A stretch of DNA of 64,000 bases from Bdellovibrionota bacterium (GCA_044347615.1 JBIKUK010000002.1:128309-192308), one strand, 5' to 3'. Positions 38,415 to 48,202 are shown, counted from the first letter of the stretch. Numbers and translations: made by a program. The notes: generated from the sequence alone by a model not told the origin.

Positions 38415-38906
38415 TTGATTTTCAAAAATAGAGGAAACTATAAAATGAAAAACAAAAAACTTTTAACCTTCAGTTTTATTGGATTGATAGCTTTTGCCAA
38501 GACAACGTCAATCAGTATGAACAAGGAAAAGGGCGTCAAAGTTGTGGCGACTAAAAGTGTAGAAAGTTACTTACATATCCAAAAGCAGCTTGCGGCAGAT
38601 TCACTTGAAGGAGTTGTGGATGCCGCAAAGCAGATTTATAAAAATGAAAAAGGCGAGCTTTCTCAAGCTAGTTTAATTCTTTCTAAAAGTAAAAACATTG
38701 AAGATGCACGTGAGAATTTTAAAAAAGTTTCGAATATTTTAATAACTTCAACTAATGAAAAAAATCGCTTGGGAGCGAAAGTGGCTTATTGCCCCATGGC
38801 CCAGGCTAAATGGTTGCAGCTAGGTGATTCACTTAAAAATCCCTACTATGGTGCTGCGATGCTTGAGTGTGGTCGTTTTGAAACTAAAAATCATTCCAAA
38901 AAGTAA
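38415..38906 (+). CDS. Small periplasmic protein, possibly DUF3347-like and heavy-metal associated
   Basis: It has a signal peptide. The C-terminal Cys pair is ...VAYCPMAQAKWLQLGDSLKNPYYGAAMLECGRFE. It lies in a cluster with a P1B ATPase. The family assignment is from memory of the motif and is not firm. Confidence 0.45.
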   Translation: MIFKNRGNYKMKNKKLLTFSFIGLIAFAKTTSISMNKEKGVKVVATKSVESYLHIQKQLAADSLEGVVDAAKQIYKNEKGELSQASLILSKSKNIEDARENFKKVSNILITSTNEKNRLGAKVAYCPMAQAKWLQLGDSLKNPYYGAAMLECGRFETKNHSKK

Positions 38907-38927
38907 TAACTGTTGTAACTTATTCTT

Positions 38928-39722
38928 ATGAACGCTGCGAGATATTTATTGCTATTCTTATCAATTGTCCCTTTTTTTTCTTTTTCGCTTCCTTCAAGCG
39001 CTCGACTGTTTCAAACTGTTTATGGCTTTAAAGTGAGTTGTTTACTCTGTCATACAGAAGGTGGAGGAACAAGTTTGACTCCCTACGGGAAAGATTTTCT
39101 TAAATCAGGAGCGAATATGGCTTCTTTTAAAAAGATTGAAGAACGCGATTCAGATGCAGATGGAATAAAAAATCTTGCAGAAATTCTTGCTCGATCAAAT
39201 CCTGGAGACAAAATAAGCACCCTTGAGAATAAGGGTGAATGGCTTGCAAAAGCAGGATCAATCTTTATTCCTGAAAAACAATTGGATGAGTTGTTTTCTA
39301 AAATGTTTTCAAAAAGCGTAAAGTACAGTGCTATTGAAGGAGCACTGAGCGCAGACCAAGTTTCTTTTATGAAAAGCAAACTCACAAGAGAAGTTTCTGA
39401 TGATGATCGTGTTCCAACTTTTTATTTTGCCGAAGTTGAAGGCAAAAAAGAATCTGTAGCTCAATTAATGACCGAAAAAATTTCAGGGCATAATCTCGTT
39501 GCAGGTGTGGCGGTGGCAACATCGGGAAAGCTAAAGTCTATTAAAATCTACGACTCTGATAAAAGTTTAGCAGGAATAGAGTCTTTTCTTGAAAAATTAA
39601 AAGAAAGTGATTTGAATTCTTTAAAAAATGTGAAGCCCTCTGGAGAATCACAAAAAACAGTTTACTCTCTTGTTGAACGAAGCCTACTTTTGATGAACAT
39701 TGTCTTTGGGGGTGCAAAGTAA
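38928..39722 (+). CDS. Secreted protein with a single CXXCH (c-type heme-binding) motif
   Basis: It has a signal peptide. VSCLLCHTEGGGT carries the CXXCH motif. The C-terminal region is possibly FMN-bind-like (…HNLVAGVAVATSGKLKSIKIYD…). The latter is speculative. Confidence 0.5.
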   Translation: MNAARYLLLFLSIVPFFSFSLPSSARLFQTVYGFKVSCLLCHTEGGGTSLTPYGKDFLKSGANMASFKKIEERDSDADGIKNLAEILARSNPGDKISTLENKGEWLAKAGSIFIPEKQLDELFSKMFSKSVKYSAIEGALSADQVSFMKSKLTREVSDDDRVPTFYFAEVEGKKESVAQLMTEKISGHNLVAGVAVATSGKLKSIKIYDSDKSLAGIESFLEKLKESDLNSLKNVKPSGESQKTVYSLVERSLLLMNIVFGGAK

Positions 39723-40350
39723 AATGGCTGACTCGGCTTTAAATTTTAACTCAGCTCAGCTTCAAAATTCGAGTGTTGAATTAGTAAGAGATTTTAACTT
39801 TCTCAACGATGCTTTTTACCCAGGCTTTTCAATCTTTTTATTTTTCTTTTGTGTTTGGGCATCCGTTACTTGGGTTAATAAAAATTCCAAAAATAAAAAA
39901 GATACTTTTTATAAAATTAAAAATGCTCCGTCTTTACTTAAGGCCAGTTTGCTACCTACACTTTTAGCCTTTGCTCTGACTCATGTTTTCTCGGCGATTT
40001 CCGTTTATTACAACACTAAAATTGTGAATCCCTCTACAGTACTTTACTTTCAGGCCATGGGAGTGGGGCGTCTTTCTTCTTTAAGCCACGCTCATTTTTT
40101 TGCTCATGCCACGATGTATTTGATAATGGCATTTTTAGTTCAAATGACTGAGGGTTCTAAGTTATCTATGGTTGTCGCTCCCTTGCTTGCTTTGTGGGCC
40201 GGAATCTTTGATGTTGTTTCTTGGTGGGGAATCAAAATACTGTCTCCACATTTTGAATATCTGGCTATGTTAACGGGCATGTCTTTTAGCCTTTCGTTTT
40301 TATTTATGGCCACTCAAATTTTGAAATCTTCTCTTTCAAATAAAGATTAA
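39700..40350 (+). CDS. Hypothetical 4-TM membrane protein with a His-rich segment
   Basis: It has hydrophobic helices. LSSLSHAHFFAHATMY is a His cluster. The real start is probably the Met at 39724. Confidence 0.5.
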   Translation: MSLGVQSKMADSALNFNSAQLQNSSVELVRDFNFLNDAFYPGFSIFLFFFCVWASVTWVNKNSKNKKDTFYKIKNAPSLLKASLLPTLLAFALTHVFSAISVYYNTKIVNPSTVLYFQAMGVGRLSSLSHAHFFAHATMYLIMAFLVQMTEGSKLSMVVAPLLALWAGIFDVVSWWGIKILSPHFEYLAMLTGMSFSLSFLFMATQILKSSLSNKD

Positions 40351-42215
40351 ACTTTTTGTTTCTTAATATGACACTCAAGATCAGATAGTTTTCGGGGAGG
40401 CAGCGCTGCTCTTAAGGCATTAAGGATAGCCAGTATGTCTATGATTTCTTGGCAAACGGCCCCCTGAATGGGAGAGAGATAACCAAAAGCTGCTGCACTC
40501 ATGCCTAGAACGCTGAAAAACATTCCACCTATGGCACTTTGGAGAGCAATCTTTCTCATGCGTTGGCTAATATGAATAAATTCATCAACTTTTGTAAGTG
40601 AACTTTCAAGGATTACCACACCCGCAGCTTCACTTGTCACTTCGCTATTTTGTCCCATGGCTATTGCAACAGTGGCTGCCATCATCGCGGGAGCATCGTT
40701 TATCCCATCGCCTACATAAAGAGTATTTGCTTTGAGCGTTTCCTTTTTTACAAGTTCGAGTTTTTCCTCTGGGTTTTTAGAGAAATGAATTTCTTTTATT
40801 CCTACACTCTCAGCTAATAGTTTAACCTCATGTTCGCGATCGCCTGAAATAATCATTGCTTTTTTAAGGTTATGTCTGGGAAAAAGATGCGAAATAAAAC
40901 TCTTGCTATCTGCTCTAGGAGAATCTCGGAATGTTAGAGTCGCAGCATATCTTTCATTTATTAAGACAACGCACTCAAGGCCACTTTGCGAAGGCGGAAT
41001 TCTATCAAGTTCTTTAAAGTTTTCTCGAGCCAGTTTTGACCTTCCTGTTATTTTCAAACATTGATTCTCAACAAACCCAACAAGTCCTGCGCCTGGAGGT
41101 TCGCTCACTTGTGAAGCTTCTAAGAGTTGAATTCCTTCTTGTTTTGCTTTGTCTAAAATCGCAAGAGCTAGAGGGTGTTTTGAGTATTGTTCAAGACTTG
41201 CTGATAGTTTTAAAATTTCTTTTTTTGAAAATCTTTCATCACTTTGAATTTCAACTAATTGAGGTTTTCCGTAGGTAAGGGTTCCTGTTTTGTCAAAAAT
41301 AGCTGTTTCGCAAAGTGAGATTTGCTCTAAAACAACAGGTTTTTTAATTATTATCGCTCTTTTTGCAGCAAGGGAAATGGAGCCAATAATTGCTATGGGA
41401 ATAGCAATTATAAGTGGACAAGGAGTCGCCACCACAAGCACTGCCAAGAATCGCTCTGATTCATGGCTGAAAAACCAAGCTAGAAGAGCAACAGCAAGCG
41501 CCAGGGGAGTGTAAAATGCTCCAAGCTTATCTCCTAGCCTTCGAAGACGAGGTTTATCTTTTTCAGATGCTTCGACAACTTTTATAATCCGTGCGTAGCG
41601 AGAATCCGAAGCAACTTTTGTCGCTTGAATGCCTAGCAAGGAATTTCCATTGATTGATCCCGAGATGACAGTGGAGCCAACAGTTTTTGAAAGGCGAAAG
41701 GGTTCTCCTGTCAGGTAAGATTCGTCCATAGCGCCTCGTCCTTCGGTTACGAGTCCGTCAATCGGACATATCTCATGAGGATAGAGAAGCAGTTCGTCGC
41801 CAATTTTTATGTCTTTGATTTGAATATCTTGTATTTGAGAATTTACTTTTTTGTGAGCTATCAGGGGAATTCTTTTAGCAAGGGCTTTTAAAACAGAGGA
41901 AGCGTTTCTCATTGCATAACTCTCAAGTGCTTCACCACTTGAGAGCATGAGAACAACGATTGATCCTGCAAGATATTCTTCTAAAAAAATAGAGGTGATA
42001 ATCGAAATTCCAGCTAGTAAGTCGGATCCGAATTCTTTGCGAAGCGCTTTTTTAAAGAGTTCCCAAACAAGAGGTAACCCACCAAGAAAAAGAACAATGT
42101 AAAGGGCAATGGTTGAGATTTCGGGATCAATTAAAAGAAAATAACGTAAATACAAATAAAGAATTATTCCTAATATAGAAAGAAAAAAAATTTTAGAGGA
42201 ATACGTTTTTCCCAC
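40347..42215 (-). CDS. P1B-type heavy-metal-translocating ATPase with no N-terminal metal-binding domain and a TM6 motif of TPCP
   Basis: FDKTGTLT is the phosphorylation site. VGDGINDAPAM is the hinge. ATPCPLIIAIP is a CPx-type TM6 motif. The protein starts directly with transmembrane helices and has no CxxC domain. Confidence 0.9.
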   Translation of the reverse strand: MGKTYSSKIFFLSILGIILYLYLRYFLLIDPEISTIALYIVLFLGGLPLVWELFKKALRKEFGSDLLAGISIITSIFLEEYLAGSIVVLMLSSGEALESYAMRNASSVLKALAKRIPLIAHKKVNSQIQDIQIKDIKIGDELLLYPHEICPIDGLVTEGRGAMDESYLTGEPFRLSKTVGSTVISGSINGNSLLGIQATKVASDSRYARIIKVVEASEKDKPRLRRLGDKLGAFYTPLALAVALLAWFFSHESERFLAVLVVATPCPLIIAIPIAIIGSISLAAKRAIIIKKPVVLEQISLCETAIFDKTGTLTYGKPQLVEIQSDERFSKKEILKLSASLEQYSKHPLALAILDKAKQEGIQLLEASQVSEPPGAGLVGFVENQCLKITGRSKLARENFKELDRIPPSQSGLECVVLINERYAATLTFRDSPRADSKSFISHLFPRHNLKKAMIISGDREHEVKLLAESVGIKEIHFSKNPEEKLELVKKETLKANTLYVGDGINDAPAMMAATVAIAMGQNSEVTSEAAGVVILESSLTKVDEFIHISQRMRKIALQSAIGGMFFSVLGMSAAAFGYLSPIQGAVCQEIIDILAILNALRAALPPRKLSDLECHIKKQKV

Positions 42216-42349
42216 TTCGTTAGATTATAAGATTTAAAAGAATTTTTTATAAACTTTAATCAAAATCTTTTTATGTCGAATTGATTTTGACGTCATGTAG
42301 ATGTTTTTTCATGTGCATATAATGGCCTTGTTTAGAAGGAGGCCCCTAT

Positions 42350-42871
42350 ATGAGAAATTTATTAATTCCACAAATACAACGAAAATTTTGGTCAAGCTTT
42401 CCTACAAGCTTTCCATTCTTCGCAGACGAAGATTTGGGATGGGACAGTGATGAGCTTTCCTATGGCTTAACATGCGATATGCACGAAAGTAATACGCATT
42501 ATCTCTTAAGCTTTGACATGCCTGGAATGAAAAAAGAGGAGATCAAAGTTGAGCTTCGCGGAAACGTCTTGACGGTTACAGGTAAAAGATCTGAAGAAAT
42601 CGAAGCAAAAGGCGAAGAAGTATATCGATCTGAGAGAAAATATGGCGAGTTTTATAGAAATATCACGCTTCCAAGTGAAGTAACTGCAGATGCTGTTGAG
42701 GCAGAGTATATGGATGGAGTGTTGCGGGTTGCTGTTCCAAAAGTAAAAAGTGCAAACATTAAAAGAGTTCCGATTGCCGAAGCTAAGTCTGGCGGTCTTT
42801 TGGCCAAACTCTTTAGCGATCGCAGGCCTAAAGAAATTGCTGCGAAAGCTGAAAAAAGAGCTCATTCATAA
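42350..42871 (+). CDS. Hsp20/alpha-crystallin small heat-shock protein
   Basis: THYLLSFDMPGMKKEEIKVELRGNVLTVTGKR...DGVLRVAVPK is the alpha-crystallin domain signature. Confidence 0.85.
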   Translation: MRNLLIPQIQRKFWSSFPTSFPFFADEDLGWDSDELSYGLTCDMHESNTHYLLSFDMPGMKKEEIKVELRGNVLTVTGKRSEEIEAKGEEVYRSERKYGEFYRNITLPSEVTADAVEAEYMDGVLRVAVPKVKSANIKRVPIAEAKSGGLLAKLFSDRRPKEIAAKAEKRAHS

Positions 42872-42970
42872 TCATTCTTTCTTTCAAGGAGTGGGAGTTA
42901 GGATAAACACTCCTACTCTTTGAGATTAAAAAACTTTTAAATTTTAGAAACTAAATACAGGAGGGGTTCC

Positions 42971-43921
42971 ATGAAAGCAACTCAGTCACCAAGTTCTTCG
43001 ATTCTTTTATCAATAGATCCTTATCAAAAGGGTCGAAAGCTCGTAAATCGTTCAATTGGATTAATCAAAACATTGGGTAAAGGATTGAGTGCCAGTGTCC
43101 AGCCTGTTTATGTTGCGGAAAAAACCAGACTTAGTCGTCTTAAAAAAGCTCTTAGTAGAGATTCAGATAATTTTGAAGCTCGAACGAGAGAAAAAATCGA
43201 TAAAATACTTAAATCTTCAAAAAGAAATGGAATTGAAAAAGCTGAAATTCTTTTTGATGACGAAAGAAATCGCCAGAAAGATGCTCGAATTGTGGCAGCT
43301 TTTGGAAAAAATCATGGGGATTTAATGATTGTAGCAGCAACGGGTGCTCAGGTTGGAATTAAAAGTATTTTTGATGAGAGTTTCACTGAAAATCTTGTCA
43401 CACAAGCTAATATACCCGTTGTTACGGTTAATAACTTTACAAAGATTCCTGCCAAAATAAAAAAAATTGTTTTTACAAGTGATTTTAGTGCTGAATCTTC
43501 AAGAGCTTTTGCAAAAATTTGCGAGCTCGCTAAAAAACTTAATGCAGAAATTATTCTTTTCTCTGTTTTGAGACAGTATTTGTATCTAGATGACATCTCT
43601 TCTTTCAATGTGGCAACCACTGTTGATGGTTATAATTGGATAGATTTTGAAAAAAAGCGAATTCAAAATCTTGCAAATGTTTATCTCAATAGAGCAAAGC
43701 GAATGGGGATCAAAGTTCGATTTTTTTGTGAAGAAAATAATGTAAGTATCCCACGAGCGGTCATGCGCTACTCGCATCATGTCGATGCGGATATGATTGC
43801 TCTAGCAGCAAAAAGTAATTCTCGTTTTGCCCATACTTTTGGAACGGTTACTCAAAGGTTGATTCGTAAATCAGATTTGCCCGTTTGGGTTTATAATCGT
43901 TCGAAGCAAAGAATTCGTTAA
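42971..43921 (+). CDS. Tandem-domain universal stress protein (UspA family)
   Basis: It has two Usp-like halves. DLMIVAATGAQVGIKSIFDESFTENLVTQANIPVVTV resembles the Usp ATP-binding C-terminal motif. Confidence 0.6.
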   Translation: MKATQSPSSSILLSIDPYQKGRKLVNRSIGLIKTLGKGLSASVQPVYVAEKTRLSRLKKALSRDSDNFEARTREKIDKILKSSKRNGIEKAEILFDDERNRQKDARIVAAFGKNHGDLMIVAATGAQVGIKSIFDESFTENLVTQANIPVVTVNNFTKIPAKIKKIVFTSDFSAESSRAFAKICELAKKLNAEIILFSVLRQYLYLDDISSFNVATTVDGYNWIDFEKKRIQNLANVYLNRAKRMGIKVRFFCEENNVSIPRAVMRYSHHVDADMIALAAKSNSRFAHTFGTVTQRLIRKSDLPVWVYNRSKQRIR

Positions 43922-43925
43922 GATA

Positions 43926-45284
43926 ATGAAAATTACTTTTTTGGGAGCGGCTGGAACGGTCACAGGATCAAAATATTTAATTGAATATCATGAATTTAAA
44001 GTTCTAGTTGATTGCGGTCTTTTTCAGGGCCTTAAAGAACTTCGCTTACGAAATTGGGATAAGTTTCCACTTGTAGCTTCAGAAATCAATGCAGTTGTTT
44101 TAACCCATGCTCATATTGATCACTCAGGATATTTGCCAATTTTAATGAAGCGCGGATTTAAAGGGCCTATTTTTTCAACACCTGGCACACGTGATTTATG
44201 TTCTATTCTCCTTCCAGATGCAGGAAAATTACAAGAAGAAGAGGCGAGTTATGCCAATCGAAAGGGCTACTCTAAACATTCTCCAGCGCTTCCTTTATTT
44301 ACTTATGAGGATGGGCAAAAGGTTTTAGATCAGTTTGTTCTCGTTGATTTTGGAGCTGAAAAAATTTTAAGACAAAATTTGAAGTTTTGTTTTTTTCATT
44401 CAGGGCATATTTTAGGAGCTGCTTCTGTTCTTTTAACTTCTGAAAAAACATCTATTGCATTCTCAGGTGATTTGGGAAGGCCAAACGACTTAGTCATGAA
44501 AGCTCCGGAGTTTATTCATCGTGCAAAGTACTTGGTTATTGAATCAACTTATGGCGATGAAATTCACACAGAGGAAGATCCACTTGATTCTTTTGAGAAA
44601 GCGATCAATCGTTGTTTTGCCAGGCAAGGTTTAGTGATTATACCTGCTTTTTCTGTCGGAAGAACTCAATCGATTATTTATGCTCTTTATAAATTAAGAA
44701 AACAAAAAAGGATTCCAGATATTCCTATTTTTTTAAATAGTCCGATGTCGATTCACGCAACGGATATTTATAAAAAACATTTAGATGAACTTAAGATTAC
44801 GCAGCAAGAATCCACAGAAATGAGTTCTATTGTTGAGTATTCTTTAAGCGTTGAGGATTCTGTTGCTCTTAATAAAAGCCAATCTCCAAAAATTATTATT
44901 TCAGCAAGTGGAATGGCAACAGGAGGCCGAGTCTTACATCACATTCGAAAATTTGCTCCAGATTCGCGAAACATGTTGATACTCTGCGGATATCAAGCCG
45001 TGGGGACTCGAGGCGACTCTCTCTTAAAGCATGCAAAAAATATTAAGATGTTTGGTGAGTATGTGCCAATTAATGCAGAAGTGGTAGAAGTGCTTTCCCT
45101 TTCTGCTCATGCAGATCAAAAAGAAGTCTTACAATGGTTGAGTCATTTCGAAGAAAATCCGAGTCTTGTTTTTTTAACTCACGGAGAAAGTTTGTCAGCT
45201 CAAGGTTTGGAAAGCAAAATAAAAGAGGAGCTCAAGTGGCCGACTCGAATTCCTCATTATTTAGAAAGTTTTGAATTAAAATAA
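43926..45284 (+). CDS. MBL-fold beta-CASP ribonuclease (RNA-specificity domain protein)
   Basis: MKITFLGAAGTVTGSKYLIEY...VLVDCGLFQG and LTHAHIDHSG (HxHxDH) are the MBL-fold motifs. The C-terminal beta-CASP region is present (...LSAHADQKEVLQWL). Confidence 0.85.
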   Translation: MKITFLGAAGTVTGSKYLIEYHEFKVLVDCGLFQGLKELRLRNWDKFPLVASEINAVVLTHAHIDHSGYLPILMKRGFKGPIFSTPGTRDLCSILLPDAGKLQEEEASYANRKGYSKHSPALPLFTYEDGQKVLDQFVLVDFGAEKILRQNLKFCFFHSGHILGAASVLLTSEKTSIAFSGDLGRPNDLVMKAPEFIHRAKYLVIESTYGDEIHTEEDPLDSFEKAINRCFARQGLVIIPAFSVGRTQSIIYALYKLRKQKRIPDIPIFLNSPMSIHATDIYKKHLDELKITQQESTEMSSIVEYSLSVEDSVALNKSQSPKIIISASGMATGGRVLHHIRKFAPDSRNMLILCGYQAVGTRGDSLLKHAKNIKMFGEYVPINAEVVEVLSLSAHADQKEVLQWLSHFEENPSLVFLTHGESLSAQGLESKIKEELKWPTRIPHYLESFELK

Positions 45285-45287
45285 GAA

Positions 45288-45620
45288 TTAGTTTTTTGCG
45301 TCTTTGGCAGCTTGTTTTTCTGCTTTTTTAGCTTTTTTTTCAGCTTTGTGGGCTTGGTAATCAGTCTTCAACTTTTTTGAAGCCTCTTTGCAACCATCAG
45401 AAATCTTAAAGTCTTTGTGTGCTTTTTTATAGGAATGGATACATTTGAGCAGTCCAGATCCAACTTTTGCCTCACCACATCCAGCCGTTGCAGCTTCAGC
45501 CGAACAATTTGAGTTAACGGCATCCCGGCTTGCTTCCATTGCTGGATCTTTGGCAAAACTTGCTTGGCTTAAAGCAAAAGTTGCTGCGAAAAGAGCTGAA
45601 ATTTTAGTTATTTTGTTCAT
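45288..45620 (-). CDS. Small secreted Lys/Ala-rich protein with 5 Cys
   Basis: It has a signal peptide (MNKITKISALFAATFALSQASFA). Spaced Cys residues are present. The KAEKKAKKAEKQAAKDAKN tail is low complexity. Confidence 0.5.
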   Translation of the reverse strand: MNKITKISALFAATFALSQASFAKDPAMEASRDAVNSNCSAEAATAGCGEAKVGSGLLKCIHSYKKAHKDFKISDGCKEASKKLKTDYQAHKAEKKAKKAEKQAAKDAKN

Positions 45621-45855
45621 TCTTACCTCTTTATTATTATCATTGAGGAACAGAGTTCATACTAGCAGTGGGCCATAAAAGTACAAATTTGCCCCCTCAT
45701 TACGCGTTTTGTCGGGATTTGGCAAAAAAAAACTAAAAAGGGTGGGATTTGGAAGTTAAATGATGCTAGGTATATTTAAGATTAACGTGGCTTCTATCAG
45801 AGTTCTGGAGCGTGCTGTTCCACCTCTTAGTGGCACCCGGCCTTAAGGAGGTTTT

Positions 45856-46173
45856 ATGGGAAAAAAATTATTTGTTGGTAACTTACCCTTTTCTGCGACT
45901 GATCAAACGATCAAAGAAGCATTCTCTCGCTGTGGAACAGTAGAGTCTGCAAAAATTATCACTGATCGTGATACTGGACGCAGCAAGGGTTTTGGTTTTG
46001 TAGAAATGTCTTCAGATGCGGAAGCTTCAGACGCTATTTCTAAGCTTAACGGAACAGAGCTCGATGGTCGCGCAATGTCCGTAAGTGAAGCAAAGCCTCA
46101 GGCTCCTCGTGAAGGTGGTCGTGGTGGTTTTGGTGGTCGTAGCGGTGGCGGCGGCGGTCGCGGTCGTTACTAA
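45856..46173 (+). CDS. RRM-type RNA-binding protein with a Gly/Arg-rich tail
   Basis: RNP2 is LFVGNL and RNP1 is KGFGFVEM. The tail is C-terminal RGGFGGRSGGGGGRGRY. GGAGG lies upstream of the ATG. Confidence 0.9.
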   Translation: MGKKLFVGNLPFSATDQTIKEAFSRCGTVESAKIITDRDTGRSKGFGFVEMSSDAEASDAISKLNGTELDGRAMSVSEAKPQAPREGGRGGFGGRSGGGGGRGRY

Positions 46174-46194
46174 GATCTAACAAAATAATAAATT

Positions 46195-46236
46195 AAAAAG
46201 GGACCTAGGAAGTTAAAACTCCTAGGTCCCTTTTTT
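46195..46236. terminator. Bidirectional rho-independent terminator between convergent genes
   Basis: The sequence is AAAAAGGGACCTAGGA-agttaaaac-TCCTAGGTCCCTTTTTT. This is an 11-bp GC-containing stem flanked by an A-run and a T-run. Confidence 0.7.
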
Positions 46237-46263
46237 GTTTTATATCTAAAAATTGAATAACAA

Positions 46264-46869
46264 TTATTTCATAAAAGATTTAAATTTTTCTAGATCGTAT
46301 CCTTTTTCTTTAATTGTAATTTTTACAATATCTTCTTGTTCAGCATCAAGTTGCTTGCTTCTACTGAGAATCCATCCGTAATCTCTCTTGGGTGAACCCA
46401 CGAAAGCCCAGCTATAGAGATTGTCTTCATTAACCGGGCCTAGACCTAAAATCCAATAGTCTCCGTCGCCAATTCCCAGCCATTCCAACAAAGATAATCC
46501 TGTAAAATTTACTTTGAGTTTAGAATTATTAGAGCCTTCGACGACTTTTCCTTTGGCTTTTGCGATATCTACATATTCTTGGTTTTGATCGTTATATCGA
46601 TAGCAGGTATTCAAAACATTGATCTTGTTAGTTCCCGCTTTAGAATATTCTGCTGTTGTATTGAAGCATTCGTTGTAGTCGCGTTTTTTCTTATCTTGAA
46701 AATTATTGGGAATTCGTTGAATTTCAAACCACTTTCCTACGTATTTGTTAAGGTCAACGCTTGCGACGGTTTCAGGAGGTGTGGTGGGTTTGGGTCCTGT
46801 TGCCCAAGTATGGTTAAGAGTTAAAAAATAAAGAGTTAATATTTTTAAAAATGCTTTTGGGTGCTTCAT
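46264..46869 (-). CDS. blc: Bacterial lipocalin (Blc-like)
   Basis: It has a signal peptide. VDLNKYVGKWFEIQRIPNNFQ matches the lipocalin SCR1 (..Y.G.WYEIAR.P..F). Confidence 0.75.
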   Translation of the reverse strand: MKHPKAFLKILTLYFLTLNHTWATGPKPTTPPETVASVDLNKYVGKWFEIQRIPNNFQDKKKRDYNECFNTTAEYSKAGTNKINVLNTCYRYNDQNQEYVDIAKAKGKVVEGSNNSKLKVNFTGLSLLEWLGIGDGDYWILGLGPVNEDNLYSWAFVGSPKRDYGWILSRSKQLDAEQEDIVKITIKEKGYDLEKFKSFMK

Positions 46870-46954
46870 GAGTCTTTGTTAAGCCACAATTAACGTAAAA
46901 TAAACAAAGTATTAACTTAAGTTTCACAATCTAAACCTTAAAAGCGTCGATAAA

Positions 46955-48202
46955 TTGACTATGGCGAAAAAACGTTTCGGCTGCGCAAACGGATTTTCCA
47001 TGATCGAGCTTATGATCGGGGCGGGGTTGATTGGGCTTATCGTTTTATTTGTAGCTCAATTTGGAACTAATTTTTCCAAAAATAGAAGTGATGTACAGAA
47101 GTTTGTGGAGCAATCGAGCTTTGGTGCCTACGGTACGAGATTTACGAGGGTCGCAGAAACTGCTGATTTGAGTTCACTTTTTTTACATTTACCGATTTCT
47201 ACAAGTTGTTCTTCTTTGAGTGCACCTTGTTTACAAAAGATAGATCCGATCACTGGAGAAACAAGTAGCTTTTCTGCAAATAATTTACCCAAAAATTTTG
47301 AGTTTTATCGTGACACAGAAGGTGTTTTTGTTCAGACAAAAGCAAATTCGTCAAAGAGTATCGTGAGTTTTGATGCTTATTCTTTTACTAATAAAATTTT
47401 AACGAATACAGCAATGACTGCAGCCGTGAATCAAGCTTCTGTAGTGTGGCCTTTAACAGGCACTTCAAGCCCTGAATTTCCCGTTTTAACAAGATCAGCA
47501 TCAGATGTTTCTTTTTCTTTTGTAGCTTCAACAGCAAGTAGTGCTGCACCTGCTGGTCAACAAGTTTTAGCATCTTATATAACTGGAAAAACAGGGAGCT
47601 TGTCGGATTTGTTGGGTTCTCCAGTTATTGTTTATAATCCCTATTACCCTCAGCAATATGTTGTTCAATTTTTATCAGAAATTGTAGCTTGTAAGACCAA
47701 TATATCTCTCTGTAAACAAAAATTTCCATATGTAGCAGCAACAATTAATGACAATCACGTCATGCTTGTTTTGAAAGAAATTGAACCAAATCAATATGGA
47801 AATTTTGCTCCGAATCTTAAAAATTATTCTTTGTTCGCTTCGACGGCTAGTGGGGATTGGAGTTATTTATTTCCTACTAAAACACCAAACTTAAAAGCTA
47901 TCACTTCTGTTTTTTCGAGCGACTTAGCTTCTCCTCTGGCAATCCCCAAGTGGGCTCACTTCTATGATGCAAACGCAATGAGTCCCTATGATTTGTTTAT
48001 CATGCCAGTCCGTTGGTCAGTTTATTATTTAAAGAATGTTCCAGACAAGCCAGATTACTTTTCACTAATACGCAAGGATTTTAATGGGTTGAAAAATTCA
48101 ATTGAGACTCTTGAAGTTTCTCTTCTCAAAGGAAGTGTAACTTTTTCAAGAAAGATAGGAACCAAAAACTTAAAGTTTAGTGTTTACGGGGAGGCAGAAT
48201 GA
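46955..48202 (+). CDS. Type IV pilin-like protein, with a prepilin N-terminal cleavage/methylation motif and a large 415-aa body
   Basis: The leader is MAKKRFGCANG. The cleavage-site region is G|FSMIELMIGAGLIGLIVLF with Glu at +5. The C-terminal domain is large and Ser/Thr-rich. Confidence 0.7.
   Translation: MTMAKKRFGCANGFSMIELMIGAGLIGLIVLFVAQFGTNFSKNRSDVQKFVEQSSFGAYGTRFTRVAETADLSSLFLHLPISTSCSSLSAPCLQKIDPITGETSSFSANNLPKNFEFYRDTEGVFVQTKANSSKSIVSFDAYSFTNKILTNTAMTAAVNQASVVWPLTGTSSPEFPVLTRSASDVSFSFVASTASSAAPAGQQVLASYITGKTGSLSDLLGSPVIVYNPYYPQQYVVQFLSEIVACKTNISLCKQKFPYVAATINDNHVMLVLKEIEPNQYGNFAPNLKNYSLFASTASGDWSYLFPTKTPNLKAITSVFSSDLASPLAIPKWAHFYDANAMSPYDLFIMPVRWSVYYLKNVPDKPDYFSLIRKDFNGLKNSIETLEVSLLKGSVTFSRKIGTKNLKFSVYGEAE

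Noticed and set aside
42216-42349. Sigma-32 type heat-shock promoter upstream of hsp20
   Set aside because: The CCCCTATAT string lies inside the RBS/start region (gaaggaggcccctatATG), not at -10 distance. Only the TATAAT element is reported.
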